From: Chrysochromulina tobinii
Taxonomy: Eukaryota
Direction: 5' to 3'
Length of the DNA: 50,808 bases
Assembly: GCA_001275005.1 (NCBI GenBank)
Contig: JWZX01003134.1
Coordinates: forward strand, 1 to 50,808
The notes beneath the pieces are model-generated. The model made no database searches. It was not told where the DNA came from and saw only the letters and a list, made by a program, of their open reading frames with translations. This document shows, piece after piece, positions 1 through 9,418 of this stretch; position 1 is the stretch's first letter, and each line of letters opens with the position of its first letter. The translations under genes and the position numbers were made by a program.

Positions 1-16
1 GTTCTTTGTGCACTGA

Positions 17-586
17 GTGCACAGTGCTTTCAAATCTCTACGCTTTTCTGTCTCTCAGACAGTGCATTGTGCACTGTGTGTGGTGTGGCTGCGCGCCTCG
101 TTTGGCAAACGATTCAACTTGACTAAAGGGTATAGCGTGCAGACTGTTCCGCATTTTGTGAAAGTCATGCGCGCCGCCGAGCGGTCATGCGACGTGGTGT
201 TAGTGGATGGTGACCACGGCTTCGTTGGCACCTACAGGGACCTCCGCATGCTCCAGCGAGCCTCCTCCTCCACCACGGCTGTGGTCGTCGACGACGTGGT
301 GCCTCAATGTGGCGAGATGCTCGGCGGTATTGACGAAGCCGACGCGACGGAGTACTGCGCGCGGGTGCGTCGGGATACCAAAGGGCGCGAGACTGGCCGG
401 ATCGTCCGGCCAGGCGCCGCGCTGCGCAGGGCGCAGGCGGATGGTTTGCTGAGCGTGCAAGAGCGGTACGGCCCCTTCGCGATGGGCACGAGGTACAATC
501 CTTGCTTTCGTACGAACAAAGGCCCGTGGTGCGGAGGCCAACATCAGTTCGACTGGGGATTTGCAGTAGCACGATACTTGCTGTAA
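17..586 (+). CDS. Class I SAM-dependent methyltransferase (Methyltransf_24-like), 5' end probably outside the window or intronic
   Basis: CDVVLVDGDH...RDL...VVVDD matches the D-x-x-x-(I/V)DGDH...DD signature of this family; start not resolved. Confidence 0.6.
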   Translation: MHSAFKSLRFSVSQTVHCALCVVWLRASFGKRFNLTKGYSVQTVPHFVKVMRAAERSCDVVLVDGDHGFVGTYRDLRMLQRASSSTTAVVVDDVVPQCGEMLGGIDEADATEYCARVRRDTKGRETGRIVRPGAALRRAQADGLLSVQERYGPFAMGTRYNPCFRTNKGPWCGGQHQFDWGFAVARYLL

Positions 587-674
587 CTTGGTTTCGTCAT
601 ATCTTGAACGTTTCGAAACGGCAATCGCGTTTCCCACCCGCCGCAACCTGCACAGTCACTCGCAATCGATCCGG

Positions 675-1085
675 ATGCCTGCCAAGAAGGCTTCACAAAC
701 TGCTTCACATACAAAGAAGGCGGCGCCGCCGCCGAAGAAGTCGCCGCCGAAGAAGTCGCCGCCGAAGGCTGCTCCTCCGCCTCCGCCCGCGCCGGTGGCC
801 AAGCCGGCTGCCAAGGGCAAGGGCAAGGCGGCGCCGCCGGCCAAGACGATTGCCAAGAAGCCGCTGAAGCTTGTGAAGATCCCGACGAGCGCGCTCGCGG
901 AGCGCGCCAAGTCCAAGGGTCGCGCAATCAAGGCGGCGGCCCCGTTTGAGCATCCTGACGCTGAGAAGGTGCCGCAGCCCCGGAAGTCGCCGCCAAAGAA
1001 GGCGGCTCCTCCCGCCAATGAGGCCGTCAAGGAGGCCCTCAAGAAGGTGTCGACGATCCTGGCGGAGTGCATTAAATCGCTGTGA
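675..1085 (+). CDS. Small basic Lys/Ala/Pro-rich protein, histone H1 tail-like
   Basis: ATG at 675 gives MPAKKASQ...KKSPPKKSPPK...KKAAPP; strongly K/A/P-biased with SPxK motifs; no globular domain seen. Confidence 0.55.
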   Translation: MPAKKASQTASHTKKAAPPPKKSPPKKSPPKAAPPPPPAPVAKPAAKGKGKAAPPAKTIAKKPLKLVKIPTSALAERAKSKGRAIKAAAPFEHPDAEKVPQPRKSPPKKAAPPANEAVKEALKKVSTILAECIKSL

Positions 1086-1505
1086 GTTCGTCGTTCACTG
1101 CCGTACGGTGGGGCGCGTGCGCCGCCCCATGTGGCATTGGTCATAGGAGAAGCATGTACGTGTGGCAGAGCATCAATGTCGAGCGTGAGCGAGGACCTCT
1201 CTTCAAGAGTCTCTTCCCACATTCTTGTTCTGTCCGGGTCCCGGGGCATGTGAGTCTATCGCAAGAGCGTATTGTAGAGCCAGCCGCAACCGTAGTAAGC
1301 ATATCTTGCCTAATAGAACACACGCGCTTCACACGCGCAGCGATGCCGATGGTCGGCCTATGCCGTCCTGAGACGATCGCGCACCGCGTCCCGGCCGCGC
1401 CCCGCACACACCGAGACCGAGACTGAGCCGAACGGCTGTACAGTAACTCCGCCCGCGTGCGTCGCTATCGGCTGTCATGAGCCCCATGGCTACTGTGCAC
1501 TGAAC

Positions 1506-3404
1506 TCACAGAAGCTCGGTGGTACTTGACGCGGCGGGTCCGAAGAACACCTTCGTGTGTCCCTGGCGTTGCAGGGTTGAAACCACATTGCCCGCATGGC
1601 CATGGCACCTTTCGAGTAGCCAATCAACGTCATCAGCTGACAAGCTGCCTGCAGGGAAGCGATCGAGGATGTTGCGGCGCCGGCGCGCAAGCTCGTCAGG
1701 GCTCGGGCGGTCCATCTCCCAGCGTGCTGCCGCCCATGCGTCGATCGGTTGCGTGAGTTTTAGGCTGCGCTTGACAATCGGTGCGCCATGGTGGTCGACC
1801 CCGCCGTCCACAACGCTTGCATGCATCCCATTCGGTTGGGCAGAGCTTGAGGAAGCGCCGCCGTGAGCATCGGCGTCCCCGCTCGTGCTGGCACTGCCAC
1901 CGGCGGCAGCGGTGGCGGCGGCGCGGCCGCAGAGGCATAGGAGGGCGATCTTGAGCGCGACGTACACGACCACCAGCACAGGGAGACCCAACGCTACCAT
2001 GCCGCTGCCGCTGCCGTGATTCCAAGCGTGAACGTGGGAGAAGATCGAGCCCGGATGCCAGCACTGTGCCCGTACGCAGAGAGAGAGCGGAGGCTGGCTT
2101 GGCAACGGCAGTGGCGGAGGCATCGACGGCGGAGCATGCGGCAGTGGCGGCAGCGTAGGCGTCGACGGTAATTGCCATGGCGGCGGTGGTGTGCGCAGGT
2201 CCAGGACAAGATCAAGAAGGCCCTCGACTAGCGGCGGGGCGCCAGGGGGGCCCGAAGGCGGCGGCAGCGGGGGCGACGGCACATGTTGCGACGGTGGTGG
2301 CGACGGTGGTGGCGGCGGCGCCATCCATTGAAGGAACGAGAGAAGCACAAGCACCGCCAAGCAGGCCGTGCCCAAATTGCAACAGAGTGCCATCCAAAGA
2401 GGACTCGTCTTCTGTAGGAGCCCGCTCTCGCCAGCCGTCGCGCGCGCCGTCACGGCAGCCGTTGAGTCCTCGTCCTTGTTCCGGTAGAACCCATGCCGGA
2501 GTGAGTGCGGATCGTAATTCGCCGCCTCCTCTTCTTGAGCGGCCAACCATTTGAGCTGCGTCTCGCGCGCTTGACGGCGTATGGCGAGCTCCTCTGCATC
2601 AACCTTGTCCGCCGCCGAGGGCGCCGCGCGCGCTCGGCTACCGGACCGTTGGGGCGACCGTTGGGGCGAATGCATCGGGAACGCGTCGACCACTTGCTCC
2701 AGCAGTGCACGCGGCGAGCTTGATGGCGTCGCTGACATGTTCGGCGGCGAACCAATAGGCTCACTCGCGCCGGGCGGGACCTGCGCTGGAGTGTGCACGG
2801 CCGACGAGATGCCGTGAGTAGCCGTCGTCGATACGAGTGTCTGGAATTCCTTACGAGTATCGACTTGACTTGACTTGACTTGACTTGACGATACAAGTGA
2901 ACTCGTCGAAGGCTCCTCGTGGATCTCGTCATGTGCAGATTGAGCCGCGATCGGCGCGTCGGTCGCTGGAGCGGCGGCGGGAGCGGCGGCGGGAGCGGCG
3001 GGGGCGGGAGCGGCAGCCGGCTTGGCGGCGGCTAGAGAAGCGACTGGCTTGGCGGACTGGCTCGTCAACACATCTGACTCAGTTGGAAGATCCTTCGGCG
3101 AGCTGACCAAGCGTTGAGCTGACGCTGCCCAGGTGGTTCGACATGGTGGAGCAGGCAACACGTTGGTCGGCATCGCGGACGATGGATCCAGCCCGCCGGT
3201 ACTGCAGAATCTGCGGAGTAATCGTAGCTTGCGGAAACCCTCAACAGCTCCTCGTGGCGAGAGTGGCGGCGGCGGCAATTGAAATGTCGCCACGCTTGGC
3301 GACGGCGGGGCGGTGCTTGTGACTTCTCGGCCTGCCGTCCACGATGGTATCACGACTCCATCTGGTGTCGTCCATGATGCTGAAGCCAAGATGGTGTCAT
3401 TCAT
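1506..3404 (-). CDS. Pro-rich membrane protein with two hydrophobic segments and a C-terminal CUE/UBA-like domain
   Basis: Long ORF; TM-like LGTACLAVLVLLSFL and LGLPVLVVVYVALKIALL; C-terminal ILDRFP...DDVDWLLERCHGHAGNVVSTL resembles CUE; possible in-frame intron 2841-2894. Confidence 0.55.
   Translation of the reverse strand: MNDTILASASWTTPDGVVIPSWTAGREVTSTAPPSPSVATFQLPPPPLSPRGAVEGFRKLRLLRRFCSTGGLDPSSAMPTNVLPAPPCRTTWAASAQRLVSSPKDLPTESDVLTSQSAKPVASLAAAKPAAAPAPAAPAAAPAAAPATDAPIAAQSAHDEIHEEPSTSSLVSSSQVKSSQVDTRKEFQTLVSTTATHGISSAVHTPAQVPPGASEPIGSPPNMSATPSSSPRALLEQVVDAFPMHSPQRSPQRSGSRARAAPSAADKVDAEELAIRRQARETQLKWLAAQEEEAANYDPHSLRHGFYRNKDEDSTAAVTARATAGESGLLQKTSPLWMALCCNLGTACLAVLVLLSFLQWMAPPPPPSPPPSQHVPSPPLPPPSGPPGAPPLVEGLLDLVLDLRTPPPPWQLPSTPTLPPLPHAPPSMPPPLPLPSQPPLSLCVRAQCWHPGSIFSHVHAWNHGSGSGMVALGLPVLVVVYVALKIALLCLCGRAAATAAAGGSASTSGDADAHGGASSSSAQPNGMHASVVDGGVDHHGAPIVKRSLKLTQPIDAWAAARWEMDRPSPDELARRRRNILDRFPAGSLSADDVDWLLERCHGHAGNVVSTLQRQGHTKVFFGPAASSTTELL
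2841..2894 (-). other. Candidate 54-nt in-frame intron filled with (TCAAG)n
   Basis: GTATCG...TTCCAG on minus strand, phase 0; five TCAAG units; flanked by the direct repeat CACTYGTATCG. Confidence 0.45.
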
Positions 3405-3549
3405 GCCTCGAGAGAGAAAAGACTCATCACAAGTTGCGCGATTGGAGCGCAACTTTGAAATGAAAACAGTCAAGTCAAGTCATTTCCAGATTAGCAGAAG
3501 GGGGCGACTCAGCCAAATTTCGTCACTTGTTCCGAAAAAAATAACCGTC

Positions 3550-3627
3550 AGCCGAACGAGTATTCCTCGCGCACTCCGACCAACGCCGAGCCGAACGAGT
3601 ATTCCTCGCGCACTCCGACCAATGCCT
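3550..3627 (+). repeat. 39-bp tandem duplication overlapping the NEK start codon
   Basis: AGCCGAACGAGTATTCCTCGCGCACTCCGACCAA(C/T)GCC at 3550 and 3589. Confidence 0.9.
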
Positions 3628-4510
3628 CGGCTGGGAGCTTACTCGAAGATCAAAGCGCTCGGCGCCGGCTCCTTTGGCGACGTCTACTTGGTCAAGGAGG
3701 TGGCGACTGGCGCGCGTGCCGTGCTCAAGGAGGTCGAGCTCAAAGGCCTTGCCTCCAAGGACCTCAAGGCGGCGCACGATGAGGTCACGGTCCTGCAACG
3801 CATGAAGCACCATCACATCATCGGCTACCGTGACTCGTCCGTCCAGGGTTCGCTGCTTCTGATCGTCATGGATTTTGCCGATGGCGGCGATCTCGGAAAC
3901 CTCATCAGACAGCAGGAGGCGCGTGGTGAGCCGCTCGCCGAGGAGCGGGTGTGCAAGATCGTGGCGCAGGCTGTCGACGCGCTCGCCTACTGCCACCACA
4001 CCCTCCACCTGCTTCACCGCGATCTGAAACCCGACAATATCTTCCTCACCGCCGCGGGTGACGTCAAGGTCGGCGACTTTGGCGTCGCGAAGACCCTTCT
4101 TGCGACCAACGCGATGGCGAAGACCAAGTGCGGCACGCCTCTCTTCATGTCGCCTGAGCTCATGTCCGGGATGCCATACGATCGCAGTGCGGACGTATGG
4201 GCATTCGGGTGCGTGCTGTACAACGTCCTCACACTCGCCGCGCCCTGGATCGATCGCGTGAGCGAAAAGGGCGGCATGATGGCGCTCATGCGCCTCGTGT
4301 GTCACTCGGAGCTCGACCTGACCCCGGCGCGGGGCACTTACTCGGCGGAGTTGATCTCACTTCTGGAGCAGCTGCTGAGCAAGCGCGCGGCGGAGCGGCC
4401 CTCGTTCAAGGACGTGATGGGCTTGCCGTTCGTGCAGGCCAACCTCACCGGCTTCTCGCAGCTCCCACGCGAGCTCACACGCGAGCCCACACGTGCCACT
4501 GCCAGCCACA

Positions 4511-4541
<31 letters not shown>

Positions 4542-5404
4542 AGCAGCCGCAGCCGCAGCCGCAGCCGCAGCCGCAGCCGCAGTCGGCGCCGTTGAGTCAG
4601 CCACGGCCAGCGGCAGGGGTGCAGCAGCAGCAGCCGCAGCGGCCGCCGTCGGCGCCACGACCAGCGATGGCCCGTCCGCCCTCGCACCGGTTGGCAGCGG
4701 CACCGCCGCCGCCGAGCGCCAGCCATGCGCCGCGTCCGTCAATCGCCTCGGCAGCACGTGCGGCGGCCGCCGCTCATGCGGCCGCTGTGGCGCGCGCGGC
4801 GACGCCGCCGTCGCGGGAATCCATGGTAACGCCGCCGTTGCGGGCACCCATGCCAACGGCACATGGACCCTTGCCCACCATGGCGCGCGACCAGCCACCC
4901 AGCGCCCATGGACGACATGATGGACGACTCTCCAACGGCTTGAATGGCATCGGACAGCCCTTGAGTGCAGTCTCGGCCGTGGCGGCTGTTGTCGCCTCGA
5001 GACACGCTGCTGAGGTCGCCAGGAACGCTTCCGATGCAGCCCATCGGCAGTGGGAGGCAGAGGTGCAGCATGCGGCCGACGCAGCGTGGGAGGCAGCGGC
5101 GATCGCCCTGCAACGCTCCTTCCGCCAGCTTCGGCCCTTCTCGCCACGCTCTGTCATCGGAAATGGCCGAGCCGCCGCCGCGCCGACGAGCGCCGTTGTG
5201 GGCGTCCCCGTAGTGACTGCGCCCGTAGTGACTGCGCCCGTGGTGGCTGCGCCCGTGATGGGCGTCGACGTGCGAGGCTCGCGCTTGCCCCAGCAACGTG
5301 CACTCCCCCAAGCACCTCGGCTCCTCATCAATGAAGATCCGACGAGCCGCCCTTCCATCTTCTGCCGAGGCCGGGGAGCGCATATCGGCGTCTACATGTC
5401 GTGA
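3622..5404 (+). CDS. NIMA-related (NEK) Ser/Thr kinase with a Pro/Gln-rich tail; frame change near 4430-4540
   Basis: LGAGSFG, VLKE, HRDLKPDNIFL, GDFG, CGTPLFMSPE, DVWAFG; tail probably continues in ORF 4493-5404, which has the IQ-like AAIALQRSFRQ. Confidence 0.85.
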
Positions 5405-5837
5405 TGCGCGACGGAGGTGCACTGTCGATGTCTAGGATGAACCATGATGACCACTTCGGACTTGTGTGCCTTAGTTTGCCGGCTGTGTATCGCGGTGCCG
5501 TGTGTGGACAGTTAACGCCCGCGAGACGCGTCCCTCGGTCGTGTAGACGTCTGTACGGAAGAAACGGAAGAAAGTAACGGAGCGCTTTTGACCGCGGATG
5601 TTTAGGCGACCGTGCTGACACAGGCGTATTCATTACGTATTCATGAAAACACTTGTAGGACATCATCGATGACTCCGAACCGGACGACAATGCGCGCGAC
5701 ATCTCAGTGCTGGAAATGACAAATGTGGCATGAAATACTCCTCGTGAATCTTGCCCGCGCCCCGCGCGTCGCACAGGCACGAGCATGCACATGGCGTATG
5801 TAGCAAGGGGAACAGGGCGCGTGGTGCGTCCCGCGTC

Positions 5838-6443
5838 TTACGGCGGGGCGCCGAGGCCCTCCTGCCACTTCATCGAGTAGCAGCCGGGCTTGCCCTTGAG
5901 GCCCCACTTGGGCGACTTCTGAAGGTCGTCCATCTTGACCTTCTCCTTCTGCATCTGATCCCAGTTCACGTCGGGGCGGTTCGGCGACTTGTAGCCGCGC
6001 GACTCGCCCGGGAAGCAGCCGTTGGCGTCGGCCTTGGCGCCGTCGCCATTGCGCTCGAACGGGTTGAAGTTGTTGTAGTCGCGGGGCTTCTCTGGGTTCC
6101 ACTTGTCGAAGATGTCCTTCTGCGAGTCGAAGCCCCAGATGTTATTGAACTTCGAGATGTCGGCCATCATCTGCGGCTGCGGGCCAGTCATGCGGACCTG
6201 CACACAGATGGAGGGGAGCAGGGGAGCATCCGGTTCAGGTTTGCGCAAACAACACGTTGAGATCGGAAGCGCGCGCGCACGGTGCGGCGGCACTGTGAGC
6301 GCGAGGCGACGCTTGCAATCTGGACGGCACGAAGTGCCACTCGTTGGTGCGAGCGGGCGGGCCCGTACCTGCAAGGCGGGCGCGGCGACGCCGGCGGTGA
6401 AGCCCGACGAGAAGATAGCGGCACCAGAAGCGAGAGCGAGCAT
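5838..6443 (-). CDS. Small nucleus-encoded plastid-targeted protein of unknown function (exons 6443-6369, 6197-5838)
   Basis: Presequence MLALASGAAIFSSGFTAGVAAPALQ|VRM; 171-nt GT-AG intron 6368-6198; biased codon usage in exon 2. Confidence 0.7.
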   Translation of the reverse strand: MLALASGAAIFSSGFTAGVAAPALQVRARPLAPTSGTSCRPDCKRRLALTVPPHRARALPISTCCLRKPEPDAPLLPSICVQVRMTGPQPQMMADISKFNNIWGFDSQKDIFDKWNPEKPRDYNNFNPFERNGDGAKADANGCFPGESRGYKSPNRPDVNWDQMQKEKVKMDDLQKSPKWGLKGKPGCYSMKWQEGLGAPP

Positions 6444-6578
6444 TTTTTCGGAGATCTGCGGGGTTGAGGGCCGAATCTCATATCACAAAATCTCCCAAAA
6501 TGACGTGGCCGAATTGGTTTCCGAGTTAGGTTCTTTTCTTTTTTGAAAAGTTGGCGGAACACCTTTCGAGAAAACTAC

Positions 6579-6640
6579 GTGAGTGAGTGAAGGATTGAGA
6601 GCATGAGTGAGTGAGATAGTGAGTGAATGTGAGTGGTGGA
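6579..6640 (+). repeat. Degenerate (GAGT)n microsatellite
   Basis: GTGAGTGAGTGA runs. Confidence 0.7.
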
Positions 6641-6953
6641 CTGCGACTGATTACTGAGCGAGTCTGCACAGTCTCAAACTGTCTGAAGTGTGAAGAATAC
6701 CGCTTGCGCTTCGACCGGAAAGCGGAATTACAAACCGCTGCGAACTGGATGCTAAGCTTACAACTGAGAAATGTGCTCTGTGGACTACGTGTTTGGCGTC
6801 AGAATGTTGGTTCTTGGGTGAACTGAAAGCGCTAAGCGGTGAAGATGTACGAACAGAGAATTGAGATGACAGCGTTTGTGACAGCGATCTGACCAGATAT
6901 TTGGTGTTGCCCGCCCCCAGGGAAAACACAAATATTTATATTAATTGTTGCTT

Positions 6954-8777
6954 TTATCTGCGGTCTGTTGAAATCATCAATCGTCGCCGCATCGTTCCGT
7001 TCGTAATCCTAGACTTTGTACGGTTCGACTCCTCGCCTTGACGACGATTGAGTGCGAAGATGTTCGCCTGGTCGTACCGGCGGATGAGCGTCACGCGCTG
7101 CTTGCAGTCTTCGAGAGACTCGAGCTGCACGCTCACGTTGCTCGTGAGGTGCGGACCGTAGAGCAGCGGGACGCGGATCATGCGCCGGAGCCCTTCATCA
7201 AAGGTCTTCAGCACCTCGCGCAGCTGCCGACCCGCCGGAGCTGCATGCCGCTTCGCCGTCGACTTGGCCGTCGTCCTCCCCATCTGGCCGCCGTGCGCCA
7301 TCAAAATCTCCGCGTGTTGGGTGCAGTTGAGCGGGTTGTAGTTGTCGGGGAGGGTGTGGCCCTCAGCATCGGCGACGTGCAGCGAGGTGCCCGGGTGGAA
7401 GAATGGCGGCAGGGGGATCACGCCCATCCAATAGTTCTGCGGCGACCATTGCCATTCGGGCGCCCACCAGACGTTCCACTCGCCACAGCGCATGCCCTGG
7501 ATCCGCGTGTCCTTGAGATAGAAGTTGAACGGGAAACTGAGGTGGTGCGTCGCCTCGGAGTTGCCCGCGAGCTCGGAGTGGTAAGTTTGTGAAGGCGAGA
7601 GGTGCAGCACCACGCGCTCCTGAGCGATCAGCATCTGCACGAAACGGCGCTCCACGTGCGTTGCATGCTGCTGGTTGGGCGCCGCTCCAAAGTTCATACC
7701 GAGCAGGTGCATGCGTGCGTGCGGCTTCAGGTACGAGACCTCTAGCAGCCCGAGGAATCCCGAGGTCCAGCCACCGGGCGCTCTGGATCCCCCCGCCGAG
7801 GGCGGTGGCGCCTTGCAAAGCCCCTCGCATTGGAGGAGCCGCATCGGCACTCCATACTTGTCGGCGTAGAACCGAGCGTCCCGGCGCGTGCCGTTGAGCA
7901 GGATGACGGACACAGCCTCGACGGCGCGGCTGCACATCGTGCGCTCGCGCACGACGGTGACGCCAGGCACATAGAGCCACTCGATCAAGGCTTGTCGGCT
8001 GAGCGGCGGTGTGAGTCCCCAGTACTCCCCCGCGGGGGCTATGGCGCTGCCCCTGCTCCGCGTGTAGGTATCGTCGATCTTTCTCACGAAGAGGTGGCCC
8101 ACCGGCTCGTCGGGCAGCAGGTTCGTCATGCCGTTGAAGCGGTACACCTGATCGGGCGCCGACCGGCGCAGGAACGCGCGCTGCTCGGCGCTCAGCGGGC
8201 CGTTACCCACAAGCACCACGTCATTCGGCTTCAGCAGGACCAGCGTGCCGTTGGGCAGCTTGAGCGCGGCCGGCCGATGCAACGGCGCCCGGTCGAGCAG
8301 CGCGTGCGTGGGGTCAAAGTCGATGTATGACACGTTCGCATACCAGTGAATGACGTGGTCCCAGAAGGCGTGGCGCAGATACGCGGGCACAAGCAGCACG
8401 ATGGCCACCAGCCTGAGCGCCCGCATCGCCATGGGCTGCTTGCCGCCGAGCCAGCGCGTCGCCGCCAGGTAGTACGTGAGCAGCAGCACGAGAACGTACA
8501 GGGAGAGGTAGAAGAAGAGGGCGTCGGGCGTGTGCCAGGGCAGAAACTCGTTGGCGCGGTCTTCCAACGTGCAAGCACCGCCGCACTTTGGGGCCGTGTT
8601 GAACCCGTTGAGTGCCACGAGCAGCACCCAAGCTGCCACCCATGCGACGTGGAGGATGATCGCGTATCGCAGCAGGTCCCACAGCAAGCGCGCGGATTTG
8701 CGCGCCGCGGGCGATTCGTTCACGTCGACCATTGCACAGACCGCCAGCTCGACGTCAGTGCCGTGCCGCGCGGCCAT
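6954..8777 (-). CDS. Membrane-anchored glycosyltransferase, GT29/sialyltransferase-like
   Basis: Three N-terminal TM-like segments; DVVLVGNGPLS...VYRFNG (sialylmotif-L-like) and WTSGFLGLL...LLGMNF (motif-S-like). Confidence 0.6.
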   Translation of the reverse strand: MAARHGTDVELAVCAMVDVNESPAARKSARLLWDLLRYAIILHVAWVAAWVLLVALNGFNTAPKCGGACTLEDRANEFLPWHTPDALFFYLSLYVLVLLLTYYLAATRWLGGKQPMAMRALRLVAIVLLVPAYLRHAFWDHVIHWYANVSYIDFDPTHALLDRAPLHRPAALKLPNGTLVLLKPNDVVLVGNGPLSAEQRAFLRRSAPDQVYRFNGMTNLLPDEPVGHLFVRKIDDTYTRSRGSAIAPAGEYWGLTPPLSRQALIEWLYVPGVTVVRERTMCSRAVEAVSVILLNGTRRDARFYADKYGVPMRLLQCEGLCKAPPPSAGGSRAPGGWTSGFLGLLEVSYLKPHARMHLLGMNFGAAPNQQHATHVERRFVQMLIAQERVVLHLSPSQTYHSELAGNSEATHHLSFPFNFYLKDTRIQGMRCGEWNVWWAPEWQWSPQNYWMGVIPLPPFFHPGTSLHVADAEGHTLPDNYNPLNCTQHAEILMAHGGQMGRTTAKSTAKRHAAPAGRQLREVLKTFDEGLRRMIRVPLLYGPHLTSNVSVQLESLEDCKQRVTLIRRYDQANIFALNRRQGEESNRTKSRITNGTMRRRLMISTDRR

Positions 8778-9418
8778 GGACGACGCGCCCGCACCCCTGC
8801 TCCTCACGAGGTCTTCCCAGGCAGAGTACCATTCATGCGAGTCCCTCTTTCGTTCATATGAACTGCACATATGAACACACACACGACTTGTTCGTGGCTT
8901 GGTTGGGTGCTGGGCGCAGTGCGCGCGCGCAGTGGCGCTGTGTTGTCTTCACGGTACGCCGCCGCTGTGTTGTCGTTGCCAGAAGCTCTTGCTGGGGCGG
9001 AGCTCGCACCGCCCCGGCCCGCGCATCAGAGGCATCCGCAGTGGACTCGTGTGCGGGAGTGCTGTCGCATGGTGCGGTCGTGTCACGTGTCAGTCAGTCA
9101 GTCAGTCAAGTCGCAATCCCCCCGCGCTCACCGACTCCACCGTCTCTAGGTCTCTTGCTCTAAAATGCACCGCCTCGCGCTCGACGGACGGCTGTGCCGG
9201 CTCGGAGTGTCGGTCCCTTCGCCCACCGACGGGCCCCGAGCGACAACGCAAGTACGCCGAACTCGGAACGCAGAGTACAGTGCTTGACTGCGTGTCCCAG
9301 GCTCCCGGCTCTCCCCCCGGTGGCTTTGTTTAAACGGGTACTGGGGACTTTGTACGGGGTACAGACTCCACACGAAGGCTGCCCTCAGAGAGATACCCCC
9401 TGCTACTTCTCGTTTCAC

